From the NCBI GenBank assembly GCA_965203905.1, contig CBDBDQ010000005.1, positions 3,296,001-3,360,000 of the forward strand: DNA of 64,000 nucleotides, read 5' to 3'. Source of the stretch: Spirochaetia bacterium (lineage in GTDB: Bacteria > Spirochaetota > Spirochaetia > SZUA-6 > Bin103). Shown here piece after piece: positions 58,721-64,000 of this stretch. How positions within the stretch are numbered: the first letter of the stretch is position 1; every line of letters begins with the position of its first letter. The notes beneath the pieces were generated by a model that worked only from the letters and a program-made list of their open reading frames with translations, ran no database searches and was not told where the DNA came from. Both the position numbers and the translations under genes were made by a program.

Positions 58721-59737
58721 ATGGCAAGAGTAAGAATGGCGCAATATGGCACCAAGCACGGACACGCTGCCGGCAAGTTGCAGGCGATGCAGGTGAACGA
58801 CGACGTCGAGATCGCGGGCGTTTTCGAACCTGACCTGCAACAGCGCGCCGCCCTTGAACAGGCGGGCGGTGTCTTTGCCGGCATTCACTGGTTCGATGAC
58901 AAGCGCGAGATGCTGGAGGACGCGAGCATCGTGGCGATTGCCTCCGAGGGGCTCAACGCGGAGAGCCTCGACCAGACCGAGGAGATCGTCGCCGCCGGCA
59001 AGCATGTCTGGTACGACAAGCCTGCCGGTGATGACTGGGCGCAGTGGCAACGGGTCGTCGCCGCCGCGGAGCAGAAGAGCCTGCTCATTCAGATGGGATA
59101 CATGCTGCGCTACCACTCCGCATTCAGACAGGTTGCAAGCTGGGCCCGGTCCGGCTTCCTGGGTGATGTGTTCGCCGTGCGTGCCCACATGTCCACGTTC
59201 GTGGACGCGGACGGCAGGGCTCGGGTCGGCGACTCCCATCGGGGCGGCATCTTCTTCGATCTTGGAGGTCACATGCTGGACCAGGTCCTCTGGATACTGG
59301 GCCGTCCGCTGAGGGTGACCTCGTTTCTCAGGAACGACTCCGGGTCGGCGGCGGCGTTTCGGGACAACACCCTGGGGGTGTTCGAGTTCGATCGTGCGCT
59401 GGCCATCGTCGATATCGCCGCCCTGGAGACGCGCCCGCCAGCACGCCGTTTCGAGGTGTACGGCAGCCGCGGCAGTGCCATCATCGTCGAGCCGTTCGAG
59501 CCCGGTCTGCAGATCCGGCTGTGCCTGGCGGAAGCGAAGGACGGCTACCGGCAAGGCGAGCAGATCGTGAAGATAGACGGCGAGAGCAGGCAAAGAACCT
59601 ACGAATTGGAGCTGGATGCGTTCCTGGCGACCATCGAGGGCAAGCAGCCACGGGATCGCCCCGTGTCACATGAGCTGCTGGTACAGGAGACCTTGCTGCG
59701 CGCGACCGGCGCGATTGCGGGTACGCCGAGTGCCTGA
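58721..59737 (+). CDS. Gfo/Idh/MocA family oxidoreductase
   Basis: 'GKHVWYDKP', 'GYMLRY', 'GGIFFDLGGHMLD'. Confidence 0.88.
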   Translation: MARVRMAQYGTKHGHAAGKLQAMQVNDDVEIAGVFEPDLQQRAALEQAGGVFAGIHWFDDKREMLEDASIVAIASEGLNAESLDQTEEIVAAGKHVWYDKPAGDDWAQWQRVVAAAEQKSLLIQMGYMLRYHSAFRQVASWARSGFLGDVFAVRAHMSTFVDADGRARVGDSHRGGIFFDLGGHMLDQVLWILGRPLRVTSFLRNDSGSAAAFRDNTLGVFEFDRALAIVDIAALETRPPARRFEVYGSRGSAIIVEPFEPGLQIRLCLAEAKDGYRQGEQIVKIDGESRQRTYELELDAFLATIEGKQPRDRPVSHELLVQETLLRATGAIAGTPSA

Positions 59738-60841
59738 ACTGCCGGTATTTCGCCGTCACACGATTTACCGGGGACCTCCCGCCGAACGCATGTCGTGCAT
59801 CGTCGGCGACCTGGATGGCGACGGCGTGTCCGAGTTCATCATCTCCACCCGCCATCCGGATCAGCTCCACTGGTTCGGGAGAACCAGCGGCGGCGCCTGG
59901 CAGCCGCACCTGATCGATGACACCTTTCCGAGCATCAGCGTCGGCGGCGCACTGGTCGATCTCACCGGCAATGGCCGGCTCGACCTCATCGCCGCCACCA
60001 GCGATCGCGGCAGTTGCGTCTACTGGTGGGAATGCCCGGCAGATCCGGCGCAACGGTGGGTGCGCCGCGACGCGTTTCCGCTGCCGGCGAACCGAACCCA
60101 TGACCTGCTGCTAACGGACATCGATGGCGATGGACGGCAGGAGCTGTACGTCTGGAATCAGGATGCCGAAACGCTCTTCTCGGTGCCGCTGCCCGACGAT
60201 CCGTACCTCACCCCGTGGCCCGGCGTCCGGCCCGTCGTCACCGGCGTGGACGAGCAGGGATTGGCGGCCGCGGATGTCGACGGAGACGGCAGGCTGGAGC
60301 TCATTGCCGGGTCCTCCTGGTATCGCCTGCTGCCGAACGGCGAGTGGGAGCGACACGTCTACACCCGGGATTACGGCGGCGTGCGGGTCGTCGCCGCCGA
60401 CTTCGACGGTGACGGGCGCCCCGAGATAGCCCTGTCGAGGTGGCCCTGGATGTCGGGCGGACCTACGGTCGCCTGGCGCTGCTCAGACCGGGGGCGGACG
60501 TCGAGCACCTGTGGGAAGCGGAGGTGTTGCACGAGCGGCTGGTCGACGCGCACTCGCTGCAGGTGGCCGACTTCGACGGTGACGGGCGCCCGGATCTCTA
60601 CGTGGGCGAGATGGGGCGGGGAGATTGGACCGTGCCGCACCCTCCCGCCCAGCGGCTGTTTCTGAGCCGTGGGGACCGCATGGAGGAGCTCGTCATCGAC
60701 TCGGGAGTCGGCACCCACGAGGCGCAGGCCATCGAGCTGGACGGGCGCGTCGGAATCGTGAGCAAACCGTACCGGGCGTTGCAGGACAGCGGTCCGCGCC
60801 CCAAGGGAGTCGACTCCCTCTACCTGTACCTGCCGGATTGA
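59730..60841 (+). pseudogene. FG-GAP/VCBS repeat protein with a 1-nt frameshift near 60437
   Basis: DxDGDG repeats continue across two frames (59616..60665 and 60440..60841); adding one G restores 'EIALSEVALDVG'. Confidence 0.75.
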
Positions 60842-60863
60842 ACTTCCTGTCGATGCGCCGCTG

Positions 60864-62288
60864 CTACCCGTGCCCCGGGAAGGGCTCGAACGAGCGCCGG
60901 CCGCGGTTGCGGCGGTCCGCGAAGTCGATCTGGCCCTTGCCGGTAACGGGGAGCCGCGAGCCGTCCTGCGCCGGGTCGACGTAGCGGCAGAACCACTCAT
61001 CGAGGCCGTACCGGAGCCGCTCCAGCTCGGCGGCGCACGCGGGGTCGTCGATCCGGTTGCTGACTTCGCCGGGGTCCTGCTGCAGATCGTAGAGTTCGTG
61101 CGGCCCGAACGGGAAGCGGTGCACGTACTTCCAGCGCCGCTCCCGGATCATGCGCACCGGGCCGTACTCATCACACACCACCACTTCTTCGTGGCCGCCC
61201 GAGGCGCCTCTCAGGAGCGGGGCGAAGCTCCTGCCCGGCAGCAGTTCGGTCTCCGGCTGGCCCACGCCCGCCATCTCGAGGATCGTCGGCAGCACATCGT
61301 AGTGGCTCACCAGGCTGTCGCTGACCGCGCCGGCGGGTACGGTGCCGGGCAGGCGGGCGAGGAACGGGACCTTCACCGCCTCCTCGTACATGTTGAGCGG
61401 GAAGGTGCCGTTGCCCTTGCCGTGGATGCCGTGGTGGCCGAGGCTGTAGCCGTTGTCGCTGGTGAACAGAAGCAGCGTGTTGTCCGCAATGCCGAGTTGG
61501 TCGAGCCTGGCCAGCAGCCGTGCCACGTTGCGGTCCATCGCCGTGATGGTGGTGAAGTAGCCCTCGATCGTATCGCGCCGCTGTTCGAGAGTGGGATTCC
61601 ACCCGTTCCAGGGATGGGGGGCGAGCACCGGCAGCGATGGGAACTCCCGCTTCTCGTACTCGGCCCAGATCTCCTCGGGCTGCTCGTCGCGATGCCACGG
61701 CGCGTGCGGGGCGGTGTAGTGCACGCTCAGGCAGAAGGGGCGGTCCCCTGTTCCGTGGCGGTCGAGAAAGGCCAGCGCCCGGTCGGTGAACAGGTCGGTG
61801 ACGTACTCCTCGCGCCGGGTCATCCCGGGCTCGTCGTCGAAGAGGAAGTAGCCGGTGTAGCGGTCGCCGCCGAGGGAGTGGGCGCACCAGTATTCATGGC
61901 CCTTCTGCGGTATTGCGCTGGCCCCGAGGTGCCACTTGCCGGACAGGCCGCAGACGTAGCCAGCCCCCGCGAGGTGGTCGGTGAAGCCCTGCAAGCCCGC
62001 GAGGTATTCGCGCGGGCGGTCGCGGCCACACCACGTCACCCCGTCCTCGACGTCGATGTTGCCGCTCTTGAGCCAGTCGTGCACGCCGTGGGCCGACGGC
62101 ATGCGCCCGGTCAGGAAGGTCGCCCGCGCCGGCGAACAGACCGGCGAGGCGCAGAAGAAGTTGCTGAACCTCATGCCTTCGGCAGCGATCCGGTCGAGGG
62201 TGGGCGTGTCGAGCTCCGGGGTGCCCGCGCATCCCATCGCCCACGGCCCCTGATCGTCGGTCATGATGATGAGCAGATTCGGTCGCAT
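60864..62288 (-). CDS. Sulfatase (formylglycine-dependent)
   Basis: 'PNLLIIMTDD', 'CSPARATFLTG', 'GKWHLG', 'APHAP', 'SDNG'. Confidence 0.93.
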   Translation of the reverse strand: MRPNLLIIMTDDQGPWAMGCAGTPELDTPTLDRIAAEGMRFSNFFCASPVCSPARATFLTGRMPSAHGVHDWLKSGNIDVEDGVTWCGRDRPREYLAGLQGFTDHLAGAGYVCGLSGKWHLGASAIPQKGHEYWCAHSLGGDRYTGYFLFDDEPGMTRREEYVTDLFTDRALAFLDRHGTGDRPFCLSVHYTAPHAPWHRDEQPEEIWAEYEKREFPSLPVLAPHPWNGWNPTLEQRRDTIEGYFTTITAMDRNVARLLARLDQLGIADNTLLLFTSDNGYSLGHHGIHGKGNGTFPLNMYEEAVKVPFLARLPGTVPAGAVSDSLVSHYDVLPTILEMAGVGQPETELLPGRSFAPLLRGASGGHEEVVVCDEYGPVRMIRERRWKYVHRFPFGPHELYDLQQDPGEVSNRIDDPACAAELERLRYGLDEWFCRYVDPAQDGSRLPVTGKGQIDFADRRNRGRRSFEPFPGHG

Positions 62289-62439
62289 CCGGCCTCCTGC
62301 ATCCCATTGTTCAACGAATCGCGTGCCCACCAACCCACGGGCGGTTCCGGAGTCCTGTCTCGTTCCTGCCGGGTGACCGCTTTCTTCGTCACCTGCACCC
62401 GCAAGACGCGCTTTCACCACGCGGCTACACTCACGGCCG

Positions 62440-63255
62440 ATGAGATTCAGCAGGCAGCAGATCGAGCGCTTCCGGCGCGACGGCTACCTGGCGGTGCCGG
62501 GCTTCTACGGCGCGGGCGAAGTGGCCGCGCTGCAGGCCGAGGTGGAGCGCTTCCGGCGCGAGGGGCTGGTGCACAACGTGGCTACCGACGGCGACGGCAA
62601 GACCCATTCCACCACCAAGGCGAACCTCCAGCTCATCCCGCTGTTCGACAAGAGCGACCTGGTGCGGGCGCTGCCGTTCGACGCCAAGGTGGTGGAGGCG
62701 GTGGGCCAACTGATCGGCGACCCGTTCCTGCTGCACCTGGACCAGATGTTCCTCAAGCCGGCCCGCCACGGGGCCGGCACGGCCTGGCACCAGGACAACG
62801 CCTACTTCAAGATCGCCGATCCCCTGCGCGGCACGGCGATGTGGATCGCCATTCACGATGCCACCGTCGCCAACGGCACCCTGCACCTGATCCCCGGCAG
62901 CCACCGCGAGCGCTACGAGCACCGCCGCGACCCCGACTCCGACCATCACATCCGCGCCTGGCCGCCCGAGGAACGGGCCGAGCCGATCGAGCTGGAAGCC
63001 GGCGGCGTCGCCTTCTTCTGCTACGGCACCGCCCACTGCACGCGGGCCAACACCACCGACCGCGAACGGGCCGGCATGGCGTTCCACTTTCTGCACGCCG
63101 ACTACGCGGCCTCCCGCCTGGTCGAGGGCGACCGCCGCACCCGGCCCTACGTCACCGGCCCCCGCGCCACCGGCGGCAGGGCGGAGTACGGTGTCGAGGT
63201 CGCCGGCACCTGGGAAAGCGAAGTGCAGCGCGTGAACCGCTCCGTGCGCGGCTGA
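62440..63255 (+). CDS. PhyH-family Fe(II)/2OG dioxygenase
   Basis: 'WHQDNAYF', 'NGTLHLIPGSH', 'TAH', 'RAGMAFHF'. Confidence 0.9.
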   Translation: MRFSRQQIERFRRDGYLAVPGFYGAGEVAALQAEVERFRREGLVHNVATDGDGKTHSTTKANLQLIPLFDKSDLVRALPFDAKVVEAVGQLIGDPFLLHLDQMFLKPARHGAGTAWHQDNAYFKIADPLRGTAMWIAIHDATVANGTLHLIPGSHRERYEHRRDPDSDHHIRAWPPEERAEPIELEAGGVAFFCYGTAHCTRANTTDRERAGMAFHFLHADYAASRLVEGDRRTRPYVTGPRATGGRAEYGVEVAGTWESEVQRVNRSVRG

Positions 63256-63308
63256 GGGGCAACCAGGTCCCTCGTATCCCGGTCGTCGGCGCTCGCATGT
63301 CCCGCCCA

Positions 63309-63530
63309 GAGTGTTTCTGATCTGGGGTAGTTTCGCTGCGTGGCGTTGCTGCAAGGTGATGATTGATACTGTCTGGTCATCGGTACTTCGTAACTCCATC
63401 GCCTCGGCAAGCATCCGCTGTGCACGCTGACGCGCTATCTCTTCCAGAACCGATCCAGGCCTTGCGCCTCGATCGTCCTGACCGTATCGTCCTCCACGAG
63501 CGTACTCCTCCTGATTCGTGTGTGAATCGT
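63309..63530 (-). mobile_element. Possible IS256-family relic (frameshifted transposase N-terminal fragment)
   Basis: 'SVLEEIARQRAQRMLAEAME' resembles IS256 transposase N-termini; GGAGGAG RBS plus GTG out of frame; GAGTGTTTC end-like sequence at 63309. Confidence 0.35.
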
Positions 63531-63750
63531 TCTTCGGAGGATGCGCTCTTTTCATCTCCATCCACGGCGGCGCGGCCATCGACGTGGTGCCGGCCTGGAG
63601 GTTCCTGCTCGACACCGACCCCATCGCCGGCTGAGCCACACCCGCGCATCAGGACCGGCCGACCGTCACTGTCTCCAGCCAGTCGTCGTCGATGTCGAGC
63701 CGACTATCCTGCCTAGCTGCTGTCGCTGGCAACGAACGCACAATTCGCGT

Positions 63751-63774
63751 TATATTAGCATCGTAAAAGATGCT
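63751..63774 (+). promoter_or_regulatory. -10-like TATATT and inverted-repeat operator AGCATC-N6-GATGCT upstream of the antitoxin
   Basis: Palindrome at 63757-63774, 13 nt before the ATG; typical position for TA autoregulation. Confidence 0.55.
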
Positions 63775-63787
63775 CTTAGGGGTTGCT

Positions 63788-64000
63788 ATGGACATCACCG
63801 AGGATATTCGACCGCTCACGGAATTCAAGCGGGACACGGCGCGCTTCGTAGCTCGCCTGAAGGATACGCGACGACCGTCCGTGTTGACGGTGAACGGCAG
63901 ACCCGAACTGGTGGTCATGGATGCCCAGGCGTGGCAGGACGTTCAGGATCTGCTCGACTACGCCGGCGCGGTTGCTGGCATTCGCCAGGGGCTGGAACAG
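63788..64000 (+). CDS. Phd/YefM-family type II antitoxin (runs off the window)
   Basis: MDITEDIRPLTEFKRDTARFVARLKDTRRPSVLTVNGRPELVVMDAQAWQ...; not in the ORF track because no stop codon is reached. Confidence 0.85.
   Translation, partial: MDITEDIRPLTEFKRDTARFVARLKDTRRPSVLTVNGRPELVVMDAQAWQDVQDLLDYAGAVAGIRQGLEQ

Noticed and set aside
60396-60591. 26-bp exact direct repeat GCCGACTTCGACGGTGACGGGCGCCC (60396 and 60566)
   Set aside because: Explained by FG-GAP protein repeats (ADFDGDGRP).
1-64000. Prophage, integrative element or contiguous defence island
   Set aside because: No integrase, phage structural genes or tRNA attachment site; the defence-like genes are scattered singly among metabolic genes.

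Overview
High-GC bacterial chromosomal segment with about 50 CDS and no rRNA, tRNA, CRISPR array or intact transposase/integrase. Most genes are catabolic or transport functions: three PhyH-family dioxygenases, two 2-hydroxyacid dehydrogenases, GH78 and GH151-like glycosidases, a sulfatase, peptidases, a Dpp/Opp-type ABC importer and an ABC-DUF1854-ABC cluster. The most notable structures are: (i) an NHEJ locus where Ku, a stand-alone active ATP-dependent ligase and a BRCT-HTH-TPR protein form an operon, while the nearby PE-LIG-POL LigD has lost its ligase catalytic lysine; (ii) a lower-GC NYN RNase gene preceded by a promoter, a strand-specific hairpin and a terminator, an architecture like type III toxin-antitoxin loci; (iii) lower-GC defence-like inserts (REase-STAND NTPase; ABC-ATPase plus TOPRIM-like pair); (iv) a Uma2 gene flanked by a duplicated glycosidase 3' end; (v) two copies of a palindromic MITE-like element sitting on TAG stop codons. 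All family calls come from motif recognition by eye; no database searches were run.
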